Below, in pieces: positions 27,212-39,930 of a stretch of 64,000 nucleotides of DNA (positions are counted from its first letter, which is position 1; every line of letters starts with the position of its first letter). A model generated the notes under the pieces. That model was not told the DNA's origin and ran no database searches. It worked only from the letters and a program-made list of their open reading frames with translations. Both the position numbers and the translations under genes were made by a program. The stretch is from Felis catus (lineage: Eukaryota): contig NC_058368.1 in assembly GCF_018350175.1 (NCBI RefSeq), forward strand, positions 221,404,001-221,468,000, read 5' to 3'.

Positions 27212-27439
27212 GGGGCACCTGGGTGGCTCAGTCGGTTGAGCGTCTGACTTCAGCTCAGGTCTTGATCTCTTGGTTCGTGAGTTTGAGCCCCACTTCGGGC
27301 TCTGTGCTGACGGCTCAGAGTCTGGAGCCTACTTCCGGATTCTGTGTCTCCCTCTCTCTCTCTCTACCCCTCCCCGGCTCGCTTTCTGCCTCTCAAAAAG
27401 AAAGAAATGTAATAAAAAAAAATTAAAAACCACATATTT
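27212..27439 (+). mobile_element. Felid CanSINE
   Basis: Near-perfect 20-bp TSD aagaaaataag(a/c)ac(t/c)gtctt. Confidence 0.95.
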
Positions 27440-29049
27440 AAGAAAATAAGCACCGTCTTAATTAAAAAGCTTTAAAAAGAGGTCACTATTAAAGATCTTC
27501 AGAATGAGGCTTAGACCAGTACAAGAACAGAGGGCTTTAACTGCATGGCCGACCAAATATCAGAACCATGGAATCCATCAGATTTTCATTTACAAGTGCT
27601 GTGTTAACAACTAATCAGGATCCTTACAGAAGAATTTGCAGTTGTATTTCCTGTTGACTATTTATTTACAATTTATGTGCATCAATTTTGATTTAAGCAG
27701 CCTCTTTTCTACTAGAACACTCTAATGCCAGTCTATAATTGGATAATGGATTTCCTGCTTAGCAGCAGCAGAAGTTACTCTCCCTCTCCTGAAGTGTATC
27801 GACTGAGTTTTTTCCCCTTCATCTCTCCCCCTCCACCAGCTGAGGGAGCAAGAGACCTCCTCTCGGAGGGACACAGGCTCAGCCCTTGTCCTGGGGCTTC
27901 TCCACAGTGCATCTGTGTTAAGTTCAAGTGTCTGTCCTATTAGAGCAACTCAGTTATGCTGAAGTTTTATTTTGTCCAATAAGTGTCATCAAAGAGCTTG
28001 TCCTTTAATGAAATCCTTTTTTGAAATTTATTTGGTAATATGTAAGGCAAACACATTCTCTATCATGCTTTGTGCACCCCTTTATTGAAACTTGGCGGTT
28101 TTTTCCAAGATATATGTTAATATTAAAATATTACAATGCAAATGCAGCCTCCCCCCAACCCTGTCTGTCTTACACACACACACATCAAGGGAATGCCATA
28201 TGTCCCAAGCGAAAACCTCCTTGGAAAAGCAGAAATGCTGAACATATCACACAGCACCATTGTGAGAGGACATTTGTCAGTTTTCTCCCTGGCAATGAGA
28301 TTTTTCTCACCCTCAAGACATGCAAATGACTTTTTTCATCTGTTCTTTTTATGTTATTTGAATAATTTTCTCCTATAGAAGTGAGAGCTGTCAAAAATTA
28401 ACCATTTGGGGCTTTGGCATTTAGTTATGTGACCTTTTTGAGAAATTAGATCTCTTCAGGGAAGTGGTAACTTTTAAAGTCAGAGATGTTGAAGGGCTTC
28501 TCAGGTGGTCAGTGGATAGATATCAGCAGGTTGTTAATGGCACATGACTATATTAAAATGGTTGACATTTTGGAAAAAAATAAAGTGCTTGACATTTTGG
28601 ATCCTCTCATACTCTGTTTTTGTTTTAGAAATCGATATTTCAACTGATAATAGAAGAGATGATTCAGTTGGGTGCAATGTCTTATTCCCCCCGTTACTCG
28701 GGTTAATAGTATAATGCAAACATTTCTGTAAGTCTGTTGCTAACTTAACATGCTCTTTGAAAAACTACACAAGCGATGCTGTATTCTCCATGCCTCGGTT
28801 TGAGTGTTCGTGTCTGTAAGAAACTGCCAAACCAGCTTATTTAGTATGAATACTTTTAATAAATCAGAGAGTTGCACTCTGGAGGGCTGCGATAAACCTC
28901 TAAATTCATTTTACGTAGACATAGGTTGAAGTATGTACCAGGCTCGGAGCAAAGACAAATGCAGCTATCTCTTTTATCACATCGCTTTAAACATTTTTCA
29001 GCTTTAGGCTTTTCTTACAAATCCGCTCTATCAGGCTATTAATTGTTTC

Positions 29050-29650
29050 ACTGTACCTGATCTCTAACAGGAATGCACCTTGCAAAACAGCAGGAGAAAG
29101 CACATTTCTTAAAGTCCTCCGATGGCTTAACACTGTGGCTCATCTCCTTGCACATTATACTCCCAGCTGTAGTTCATCCATTAGGCTGGAAAAGACAAGA
29201 TTCCCAAGTGGCCTTGGTGCCTTTTCCGATTCCCAGGGGACCCACCAACCCTCCGCGTGTGTTGCCTGCGCACAGGGAGTGTTCCCTGCTAATCAGGTCA
29301 ATGATTATCGCCGGGCTCCAGGGACCTGACAGGAGCCTATCACAGCAGTTAGGGAGCCACCAAACGCAGCATGCTCGCGGAGGATCTCCCGTTAGGAAAC
29401 ATCGCTTAGTCCTCATTTACTCACTGGAACCTCTGAGGATTTCAGCTTATCTTTTTGTCCTCGCAGACAGTGAGGGGCTCTACATAAACAGGAAAAAGAC
29501 GCCCCGCAGGCAGCTACTTGGAGGGTGTTGATCGAAAACTTCCATCTCCCCACCCCATTCACGGTTGATTTGACTGATTTCTCACCTCCTTCACAGAGAA
29601 TATTTCAATTAAGGTAAGTGCTGGGAGAGCTGGACTGCATCGCCCTGAAT
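29050..29650 (+). promoter_or_regulatory. Candidate promoter / non-coding 5' exon region of an unidentified + strand gene
   Basis: Non-repetitive and GC-raised, with about 17 CpGs in 29220-29645 by eye against a CpG-poor background. It ends in the consensus donor AAG|GTAAGT at 29613/29614. All three frames of 29467-29613 contain stops. Confidence 0.55.
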
Positions 29651-31610
29651 TTCTGCATTGAAAGTTCTGACCAAACTGATATTCTGCACTGCAGCAAGTG
29701 ACTGTTTATGCCAGGAAAAGGCTTAGTTTATAAGCAAGTGTCCTAGAATGAAAACCGGCATTTGGGGATAATGAGATGCCAGAGCAATTTCTCTTGAAAT
29801 ACGAACAGGCTTGCCTTGCATCAAGAGAAAATAAAGGGAAATATGAAAAGAGAGTGAATTTCTCATTTTACCTTTTTAGTAATCTGGAGAACTGTGCAGC
29901 GCTAAGGTAACTTGATTTTGATTGAAGTGTTTTGTTGATGTCATATGGTGAAATCTCTGAGTCGAAACGCTTCAAAGTTAAATTAGATGGAAAGAAAATT
30001 TGCAAATGAGAGTTGAGATTTTGTGCAGCTCTCTACTTTAACAATGTTCCCGGGCTCCCTGTGGGTTAAAGGATTTAAGGGCTTAATCCCCGAATGTTTT
30101 AACAGTGTCCATTTAGGAATTAAAATATAAAATGATAAAGTTTCTGATGTAACTGTTAAGAAAAACAAACCAAAAAGAATTAATATACCACTGATACGAT
30201 TTATGGTTCTTGTAGAAGAGAACGATTTCTTTTCTGAAATAGATTAATAAAAGGAAAGACAAGAAAAATTAACTTCTCTCTAAAATGCTTATTTTTGAAA
30301 GGAGAATGCTCCAATAAGAGATTACATTCGTGTGTTTATTGAAATCTTGGCTTTTATGTTTGAGGTTGCTCTTTGTTATCAAACTAAAGCGAATTGAGGT
30401 TAAGCTTGCTTTGTACATAGTTTAGGGCAATTATCTACGCAATTAGGATAAACTGGTACATGTTATTTCTTCTAAAGCTATTTTTTCTCATAAGTTTAAG
30501 AATATCCAGAGAGAATGGAAGAGTTTTTTTTTTCAAAGTTGGATTTAATTATGTGAACTTTTTTCTATATTACTTTGCACATATAATCTAACGGTTTTAT
30601 CCCATATTATGGTAAATTTCTATGTAATCAAGAATACTACAGTAATTCTATCACTGTAATTAGATATGATAGATTGATTAGTACCCTAAGCATGGTGTGA
30701 GTGAATGATAGCAACCACTTACCTTTTTATAGTGTAGTAGTTCAAAATGATTTTCAAACAGGGAAACATTAGTTAAGGTATAGGTACATAGCATCATACT
30801 TACACACACTGAATTTCAATAACCACTCTATTCTGCTAAGACACAATATTTATCTAATAAATATCTAGCTGCTTTCATGTAAAGACTTACATGGTATCTT
30901 AAACTTGCTTTTCTAGAATGAGCACTCATATTTCATGAAATGGTGATTCTACCCTTCTCCTATGGTTATCCTGAGATGTAGCATTTTATTAAGATGTCAA
31001 AACACTCTTTATCTTAATTGGCCATCCTTCTGAAATTCTCTAGAGAGCTTTTCAGGCTGATGTTGATGTTGTTACTTCTCTCACAGGAATAAACTATTTT
31101 CAGGATACCCATAGGCGCTGACATGTGTTTGCTGGTTGTCTGAATGGTTTTTAGCCAAAGACTGAAGACATTCATCTGCCTCTGTTACACTGAGACTTCT
31201 GTGTCTTTTCTCCAGAGAGTTGGTTTCTCAACTGATTCAAAGATACCTGAGAGAAATGTGTTGACAACAGTTAGCTCTTACTGGGTTTTGCCTTCATCTT
31301 ACTCTTCTTCCTTTTTTTTTAATTTTAAATTTTTATTTTTTTAGTACTATTGATACATAGAAAGAGACAACATTAACCACACAAGGCCACATTTGCCATG
31401 ACCAAACTTTTACAAAGCTTAAACTATCTCTGTATTATCGACTATCCTTGTGCAGAGTTCAAAATTGATGGTGGTATCCTACCCAGTGAACTTTTACTGG
31501 ATGTACTTTGTTGATGTATATGACTATTGAAAGATGTGTCAGTGTATAAATGAAATATATAAGTCTAAAAATGAAGGCAATTATAGTTCTTATTTAAAAA
31601 GTTATACCTA

Positions 31611-31839
31611 GGGACACCTGGGTGGCTCCGTCGGATAAGCGTTCGACTCTTTATTTCAGCTCAGGTCATGATCTCACGGTTCCTGAGTTCAAGCCTTCAC
31701 ACTCACAGTGTGGAGCCTGCTTGGGATACTCTCTCTCTCTCTCTCTCTCCCTCCCTCCCTCCCTCTCTCTCTCTGTCTTTCTTTTTCTCTGCCCCTCCCC
31801 TGCTCATTCTCTCTCTCAAAATAAATAAAGATAAAAATT
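31611..31839 (+). mobile_element. CanSINE (older subfamily, internal deletion)
   Basis: TSD aaaaagttatacct. Confidence 0.92.
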
Positions 31840-32932
31840 AAAAAGTTATACCTGAAGTTTTTAAAGAGGTTTCATGATTGTAGATGTTGTCTTAATTTGC
31901 ATTATGCAGGCTAAAAAGGAAATGGAGAAAATATTGGGTACAATTGAATTTTAGGAGTTGTTGCTTTTAGGTAGCACCTGACTCTTCAATCAGATTTCTC
32001 TTTTTGTTTTTCCTCACTTATTATATTATCTCCAAGTGCCCCCTTACCTCTACATTCTATATTGAATCCCATTTTTCATTCATTTGACAGTAATTTATTC
32101 CTTCTGTGGGATCCAAAAACATCTTATAGGATAAACTCACTTAGAGTAGACAGTTTTAAAATTTAAACCAAAAAGTCTGTTAAAACTTTCCTTATGATTT
32201 ATAACCTGCTTTTCTCTTTGTGACATTTTCAATAAAAGGTAATAGGGACAAGCAGTGTCTAACAAGTTTTCTAAATGACAAACAGCTGGGTTATAAACTT
32301 TGCATATATAGTTTCATAATCATCAAGTAAAATTGATAACATCAAGGTTATCTCCAATGAGGAGATGCAGGCTGGGAGAGGACAGGTAACCGAGGGAAGG
32401 ACATACCATAGTCAGCGGACCTTTGATTCACACTCAGATCGGCCTGCGTTTAAAGCTCCTAATATTTATGCTGTACTTTTATATCACCTAGTATGTTGTG
32501 ACCTTTTCCAGTGTTTGATGTGGCACTCATGAATATTTTAAGATAATTTATAAGAGAGTACAGCTTAATTATATTACCTTCAAAATAGTTTAACTCTTGA
32601 CTTACTCAAAGAAAATGACTTTGTAAATTCCATAACCACCAGTTTTTGAAATAAGCATGTACTTTGTTCTTTTTGGTTCTGAAAGAAGTCAGTATAGGAG
32701 TCTTTGCATCAAGCTGATACTGATTACCACTAACAGATAAAGTTCTCTACCATGTGGATAATTGGAACTGAAATTTAGTATCGGGAGCAGTGGACATACT
32801 CTCAGGATAAAATCAAATTATAACGTAGTGATATAAATTCAATGCCACTTCTGTGAAACGAGATTAAAAGAAAAGTTAAGAAGAATTCATGTTCATGGCA
32901 AAAGACACTCACAATAGTAGACAGGATAAACT

Positions 32933-33160
32933 GGGGCGCCTGGCTGGCTCATTCAGTTGAGCATCCGACTTCAGCTCAGGTCATGGTCTCATGGTTCGTG
33001 GATGTGAGCCCCGCATCGGGCTCTGTACTGACAGCTTAGAGCCTGAAGCCTGCTTCAGATTCTGTGTCCCCCTCTCTCTCTGTTCCTCCCCTGCTTGCAC
33101 TCTGTCTATCTCTCAAAACTAAATAAAACATTTTTAAACAATTAAAAAAAAGAAAGAAAA
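32933..33160 (+). mobile_element. Felid CanSINE
   Basis: Full length; short TSD gataaact. Confidence 0.94.
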
Positions 33161-33662
33161 GATAAACTAATGGTTGGAATTGAATGTTGGAAAGTGACTG
33201 AAAAATTAATATTTAAGTGTAAAGAAATCTATTTGTTCTACTGACTTTATATAAACCTTCCCATGTATATGCAGAGATTTACTATAGCTAATTATGTTGA
33301 TTTGTGACATTATCCAAACCAAAATTTTGTTCAGTCTATGACAAAAGAGAAGAGATGTCACAAAATTAGGACTGACCTGGAAAATCAATAATGATTAGCT
33401 ATCATATCCAAGGATGTACTGAGATGTAACTGGAAGTTAGGTTGCATAGTTACAAAATACCATTTATTATGCTCCAACATACTCCCAAACATTTAAAAAA
33501 TAACATTATAACAGATATTGTGAATATTGGATTCAATAATTTTTAGAAATATGATCTATCTATCTATCTATCTCCAACTACCAGCCAGCTTACTTTCCAT
33601 TCTCTAGTTTTTTTAGAAAGGGATTGGCTTATCCTAGGTGCATATAACAATAACAGGAAAAC

Positions 33663-33666
<4 letters not shown>

Positions 33667-33754
<88 letters not shown>

Positions 33755-33778
33755 CACACACACACACACACATATATA

Positions 33779-33815
<37 letters not shown>
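33667..33815. repeat. Compound (TA)n-(CA)n-(TG)n microsatellite
   Basis: Directly visible alternating purine-pyrimidine tract of about 150 bp. Confidence 0.97.
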
Positions 33816-33817
<2 letters not shown>

Positions 33818-34529
33818 AGATAGATAGATAACCCCCTTTATTACTATTCCAAAAGAATGACCATGATCTGTTAAAAGCAGTATTGCATAGGAGTTTGTTA
33901 TGTCCACAATGCACAGGTATCCTCATCCAAAAAATATGACTATGTGTCTAAGACCCACTGGTCACAGTAGATTCGACCAGAGATGTAAAACAAACATCTC
34001 TGAGATGGCCAATGGATACCAGGTGGATGACAAAAGAACCAGACCAGTGTAGGATGTTCTCTATTAGGTAATAAATACCTGACTTGGTGACTTTTAAAAT
34101 CTGAAATAAATGTGGATAACAGCAGTTGGTGGGCAGGAGCAGAAGTTGAAAAACACAGATGGTAGTCTGCAGAAATCATGAATAAGCTGAGGTCATGAGG
34201 TTGGTAGAAAAGAAAGAAGAGGTTTATTCCTTTATGTCAGGTGAGACACATTTTCTGAGTCACCATAATGGCTAAGCACAAGAAAGGAGAGCTTTCTTGT
34301 GGAGGGGTAACAAAGCTGTGTTATCCTGGGTAATATTTCAGGCACCCTGTGCAGTGGTGAGACTTCTGTTTTCAACATTTTTCTCTATGGTTGCAGTCCC
34401 ATTTACTAATTTAAGCTGAGTAAATCTTTGTTTTTTTGCAAACTAAAAGGTTATAACCAGCCCAGCATCGTAAGTATTCATGGTCTCATTAGAAAATGGA
34501 TAAGACAGAAATGTGTAGTGGCTATAATG

Positions 34530-34990
34530 ATGTACAAGTACTACCAAGGTTCAAATGACCACTAAGGGTAATTTCTAGCTCTATGACTTCAGGCACATAA
34601 GTTAAAGTATCTAAACTTTGTGGGTTTTTTTTGGTGATTTTTAAAATGGATCTAATGGTAGTACTGTTCCATGGGGCGCCTGGGTGGCTCAGTAGGTTAA
34701 GCATCCGACCTGGGCTCAGGTCATGATCTTGTGGTTCATGGCCTCGAATCCTGCATCGGGCTCTGTGCTGACAGCTCAGAACCTGGAGCTTGCTTCAGAT
34801 TCTGTGTCTTCCTCTCTCTCTCTTTCCTTCCCCTGCTCATGCTCTGTGCCTCTGTGTCTCTCAAAAACACATAAACATTAAAAAAAAGAAGAAAGAAAAA
34901 GAAAAAAAAAACATAATGATAGTACTGATCCATAGCACTGTTGTGTGAAATAAAGGAGATAATTGATATAATTGCTCAGGTCATCAGGAG
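34530..34990. mobile_element. MIR relic split by a CanSINE
   Basis: ggttcaaat...tagctctatgacttcaggca...ttttaaaatggatctaatggtagtac [SINE] catagcactgttgtgtgaaataaaggagataa. Confidence 0.6.
34673..34913 (+). mobile_element. Felid CanSINE
   Basis: 20-bp TSD taatg(g/a)tagtactg(t/a)tccat. Confidence 0.95.
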
Positions 34991-35470
34991 ATGATAGTTA
35001 TTATAAATGAGAAACCTTGTTATGAGTCCCTCACTTTATCTGTCACGTAGAGAAAATGAGGGATAGTATCTCTCTTTAGCAGGAATGCACACTGGGACCT
35101 TACCAGAAGCTCCTGAAACCACTTCCTGACACTATGTTTATATCAGTATTTGCATTTTAGGAACATGCAATTTTTTTCTATTGGATTTAGACAGATGAGT
35201 GGATGTTTCTTGAAAGAAAGTAATTCAGTAGACAGTTTATAGAAACCCTTCTATTTTCCGTCAGTGGTTGTTTGCATGCACAAAACCAGAGCTGAATAGT
35301 TGAACATAAAGATATTGTAGAGGCTGCAAAGCTGAAGATTTTTGCTGTTTTGTCTTTTGCAGAAGTTTGCTGACTCCTTGCTTAAAAAAGAAACTAATCC
35401 ATGTTGCATGTCTTTTTTTGTATTATTATGAGCATAATAAATATTTGGTGAAATATTTTTAAAATGTTTT

Positions 35471-35688
35471 TTTTAATTTTTTTTTCAACGTTTATTTATT
35501 TTTGGGACAGAGAGACAGAGCATGAATGGGGGAGGGGCAGAGAGAGAGAGGGAGACACAGAATCGGAAACAGGCTCCAGGCTCCGAGCCATCAGCCCAGA
35601 GCCAGACGCGGGGCTCGAACTCACGGACCGCGAGATCGTGACCTGGCTGAAGTCGGACGCTTAATCGACTGCGCCACCCAGGCGCCCC
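35471..35688 (-). mobile_element. Young felid CanSINE
   Basis: CpG-intact, GGCGCAG/CAGCCAGG type; perfect 17-bp TSD tatttttaaaatgtttt at 35454-35470 and 35689-35705. Confidence 0.97.
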
Positions 35689-35952
35689 TATTTTTAAAAT
35701 GTTTTGAAGATAATTATCTAAATGTCTTTTTCCAGATAGATTCAAGCTTATCATTTCCTCCTATCCACTAATTCACCCATACTGTTTTATGCAATTTCAA
35801 TCTTCTAATTATAAATGTTGAAAATTTTGCATATATATGCAAAAATATTCCAAATTTTGCATATTGATTAAATTGATTCAAGTAATAAGCATAGCAAATC
35901 TGTATTTTTGCAAAAGAATTAATTGTTTTTCATCCTCCATGCCACACATTCA

Positions 35953-36188
35953 TTTTTTTAATGTTTCTTTATTTTGAGAAAGAGAGAGAGTGAGCGAGCC
36001 AGCATGTGCACACAAGAGTGCATGTGAGTGGGGGAGGGGCAGAAAGAAAGAGGGAGAGAGAGAATTCCAAGCAGTCACCATGTTTAGCACAGAGTCCCAC
36101 ATGCGGCTCAATCCTGCCACCACGAAATTCCGACCTGAGCTAATATCAAGAGTCAGATGCTTAACCAACTGACTCACCTGGGTACCCC
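35953..36188 (-). mobile_element. CanSINE (older subfamily)
   Basis: Poly-T, GA tract and reverse head tgactcacctgggtacccc. Confidence 0.9.
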
Positions 36189-36234
36189 CAAGCCCCCCAT
36201 TCTTACAATTTGATATATAGAGGAATCAGTGACT

Positions 36235-36580
36235 ATGCATCTTAAAACAGCAGATTCCTGGGTCCCATACCTGGAGTATTGATTTAGTAGTTCTGACAAA
36301 GAACCCAGGAACCACAGTTTTGAGACATATGAAGGTTATTCTGGTAAATTCAGAATATATAGGCATGTGACCTAATTACTGTGATTGAAACAATTTCCCG
36401 GGTAATTCTAATATACAGACAAGGTTGAGGATTGCAGCTGTAGACCAGCGACTCCAAACATGAGTGGGCATGCAGATTATCTGGGGCTCTTGGTCAAGCG
36501 GTTCTGGAGTGCTGCCTGAGAGTATGCGTTTCTCACAACCTCACAGAGACGACAGGGCTGTCGCTCAGTGAGAAATGCTG
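36235..36580. mobile_element. hAT-Charlie MER5-type relics (probably two adjacent)
   Basis: gcagattcctgggtccca...gtaattctaatatacagacaaggttgagga and cagcgactccaaac...attatctggggctcttg...cctgagagtatgcgtttctcacaa resemble MER5B/MER5A. Confidence 0.65.
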
Positions 36581-37299
36581 CGCTCATTCTGGCCTCCCTC
36601 TGCCCTATGGTTGCCACAGGTGGGTAAATTTTCAAGGACGTGACTTGTAGCCCAGCTCACCTGTGTCCAGTCAATAAAACTTCTCAAGAAACTCTCCATC
36701 AAAGAATGGTGATAGGAAGTCCTGAGCTAGGTCAAACTTGAGAAAACTTTTTTTTTTTTTTTTTTTTAACAATCTGTTGTGGACTCCCACTTACCCATTC
36801 TGGAAATAGAATAATTGAGTGCTTTAGAAAGCAACATATTTAGGTAAGCATTGCTAATATTTATTTGCAGTTAAGGTGATCTTTAAGGACAAGTGTTGCT
36901 TTTCCAACCTACTTCCCAATGTGTAGAAATTTCTGGCCATAGCACCACCTAGGCTAAGTCCATACCAAAGTTCAAAACTTAGCAGAAAATGCTGACTTCT
37001 CACATTTCAGTTCCCTCCATTCCTAGGAATGCAGTCCTGAGACTTCATTATTTGTCAGTTCAACTTTCTTCTTCTCTCCCCAAAATAAATGGCAAGGATA
37101 TTGATTTCAGTTCTCTCCTCTATTTAACCTTTTTTTTTCTATTTCCAACTGCCACATTTCCTTTTTATTGCTAAAACCAATAAAACCCTAAGGGAAATAC
37201 TAGATTTCATTAATATAGACACAAATTTTGTATAATTTATATTGTAATATAATTTTTATTATCCAAACTTGCCGATTGAATTCCCTATTACTCTTCTAT

Positions 37300-37520
37300 A
37301 TTTTTTCTTCTAGAATGTTTACTATTACATTAAACATACACTTGTTACCTTGTTTTTTTTATTATCTGTCTCCCCACTCACATTAAACATCAGAATGTGA
37401 TGTCCATGAAGCAGGGTTTTTGTTTCTTTTATTCATAACTGCAACCTGATGCCTAGAATGGTGCCCAGTATAGAGCAGATTCCAGAAAATACCTAGTGAA
37501 CAAAAGAATGCATGGATGTT
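37300..37520 (+). mobile_element. L2 3' end
   Basis: tatctgtctccccact...aatgtgatgtccatgaagcaggg...tgcctagaatggtgcccagtatagagcag...aaata...tgaa is an L2 terminus. Confidence 0.75.
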
Positions 37521-37639
37521 CCAATTGAATCAGTAAATTGCATGGTCTATGTGTCAGAATTGAGGCAAGTACCTAAGTAACCATAGTGGTGCTTTTCCTT
37601 AAGGACTGTGTAAGTTTCAAGCACATTTCTTAAAAGGCT

Positions 37640-38210
37640 TACATTCATCCACTTAATTTACTCAGTCACTATCGTGTACCTCCTAAGTGTCAGGCACTCC
37701 GCTAGATGCTAAGGACATATGACAATGAGCCCTAGTTCTTATTCATGATGTATTCTGCCTGTTGTTGGTGGGATGGGGGAGCCAGACAAGAGAAAAGGCA
37801 GTTACAATACTGTCTGGCGTTCTATCACGGACAATAGGTACAGGGTGTTATTAATGTACAGAGTATCTTCTGACTTAACTTTGAGGGATCATGGGATACT
37901 TCCAAGAAGCTATCTGAGCTCGAATTTGAAGAATAATTTGTAGTTAGACAGAAGAGGTGGGGTTGTAAGTTCCTAACAGAAGTCATACTATGTGCAAAGG
38001 CACAGAAATGTAAGAGAATTCCTACCATCTTCCATGACCATATTAGTTTTAACAGGACCATTGGTTTAACAGGACCATTGGTTTAACAGGACGATGTAGT
38101 AATGTATGTGTAAGAAGAAGCAACTTCATATTTGCCTATGTAAGGAGTTTAACCTTCAACCCAGAAAGAGTGGGATCCCATTAAATGATTTGAGAAAGGG
38201 AGAGACAGAT
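37640..38210 (-). mobile_element. L2 fragment (opposite orientation)
   Basis: cattcatccac...tacctcctaagtgtcaggcactccgctagatgctaagga...tgtgcaaaggcacag...taaggagttt...ccattaaatgatttgag. Confidence 0.65.
38048..38092. repeat. 17-bp tandem repeat, about 2.6 copies (tttaacaggaccattgg)
   Basis: Perfect units at 38048, 38065 and a partial unit at 38082. Confidence 0.92.
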
Positions 38211-38959
38211 ATGTTGGTGCTCTATTCTGAATCTTGCACTTTATTTTCACTACTTCAATTTGAAATATATATGTATGCACATATATAATATTTATACATA
38301 TATATTATGTATTATGGAAACATGAAAATGAAAAAACAAAATAAAAATATACCAAAGGAGAAAATTCATTTTTTGTGGAACTCAAGGGAGAGAGAGTAAG
38401 ACACTCTTAAAATGTTGGGCCAAGGATATGTGAAAGTTCAGAGGTTAAAACCAAATAAGGGGTTGAATGAGGATAAGTTTGGCCAACTATATATCCATAT
38501 TTGACTTTCAGGGACTCTATTACATGATTAGATGGCACATTTATTTCAGTTTCAGAGTTAATTAAAAATGGCAGACTGTGGATGGCCATACCTGCTAGTA
38601 TTGACGTGGAAAAATGTTCACGTTCTCCTTCCTCCAGCTGTAACCTAACAGAAAAGGCCACGTTCTTACATCTACCCTTGCTGGATAACCAAACTAAAAA
38701 TGGACTATTCAAACTTAATGTCACTCACATTCTTAGGGGAATAACATTCTGACCTTTTCATTCCAGAAGTAGGATACTAGGTGTTACTCTGGCAGAAGGT
38801 CTACTTCTTTTGTGAAATAATTTGTTGTTGATTGTAGCTGAAATTGAATAGGAGATATCATTTACTCACAGAAGTTTTCTCTTACCATTCCAGCCAAAAT
38901 AGCAGTCCTTCCCTTTGTTTCTCCTTACTGTTCATCTGATATTTAACACTTATGCCTGA

Positions 38960-39930
38960 TGATGGGTTCTTCAATGGGACTGTAAGCTCGGTGAAGATAA
39001 AAAACTTATTTTGTTCCCTGCTGAAGCCTCAATACCTAGATTACTGGCTATGATATAATTAGTATCTATGTGTTATAGGAAGGAAATAAAGAAGGAAGGA
39101 AGAAATGGAAGAAGGGAGAGAGGGGTCAAACGTCTTCCCATCTTAACCCCCAAATCTTTCTATGTAATCTCTCTACACAATCTCAGTAAATGATACTGTA
39201 ACCTATCCAAATGAGTCAGCTTAGAAAGCCAGCTCTTATCTTTGCCTTTCCACTTCTTGTACCCTACATATCCAATCAATATCTAGTCCTTTCAGTTCCT
39301 CCGTCTAAATCTCACTCACGTGGATTTTCATCTTTACGTCTCCAAGGTTCATACCACCTTCATCTGTTACTTGTTTGTAGTCTCTGTGTTATACTTTCTT
39401 GTCATAAAATAGTGCCCCTTACTGCCAGAATATTGACCTCTCTAAATACAAACCTGATCTTACTATTCCTGTGTTAAAGGTTTCCCTTGGAATACCCCAT
39501 CTCTTTTAGGATATAATTCAGACCTCCCTGAGGCATCTGTCTGTATGCAAAGTCTGGATGTTCTGTCCTCTCTAGTCTTGCCTCACCTACCAGTCGATTT
39601 GTCAGGCATCCTTTGTGAGATTTCAAGTTTTCTGCCTGTCACATTAAGTTGACTTTTTTCCTGGCTAAATCTCTTGACCCTTAGAACAGAAGATGTCACT
39701 TTACCCAAGTAGTTTGACCCCTACGGGTCTAGTTAAAATGCCCCTCCTATCAATTTCCATAACACACCGTAAGCCTCTTACACTCCAATCACAGAACTCA
39801 TTACGTCATATAATAATGCTAAATTCCAAACTGTCTGATGGCAGGCTCTGTGCCTGTTTCATTCACTACTGTGTTTTCCTGGTGACAGGCACTGACGTAC
39901 ACAAATCATTTGCGGAAAAAGACAGATAAT
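38960..39930 (+). mobile_element. L2 fragments
   Basis: gactgtaagctc...cctcaatacctaga; tctcagtaaatgatact...ccctacatatccaatcaat...ctaaatctc...; gatggcaggctctgtgcctgtttcattcactactg. Confidence 0.6.

Noticed and set aside
29073..29531. 152-aa ORF over the CpG-rich island as a CDS
   Set aside because: No recognisable domain, and raised GC lengthens chance ORFs. A non-coding exon or promoter is the simpler reading, though a uORF is not excluded.
33629..33926. ORFs rich in YI/HT/CV repeats
   Set aside because: Translations of the dinucleotide microsatellite
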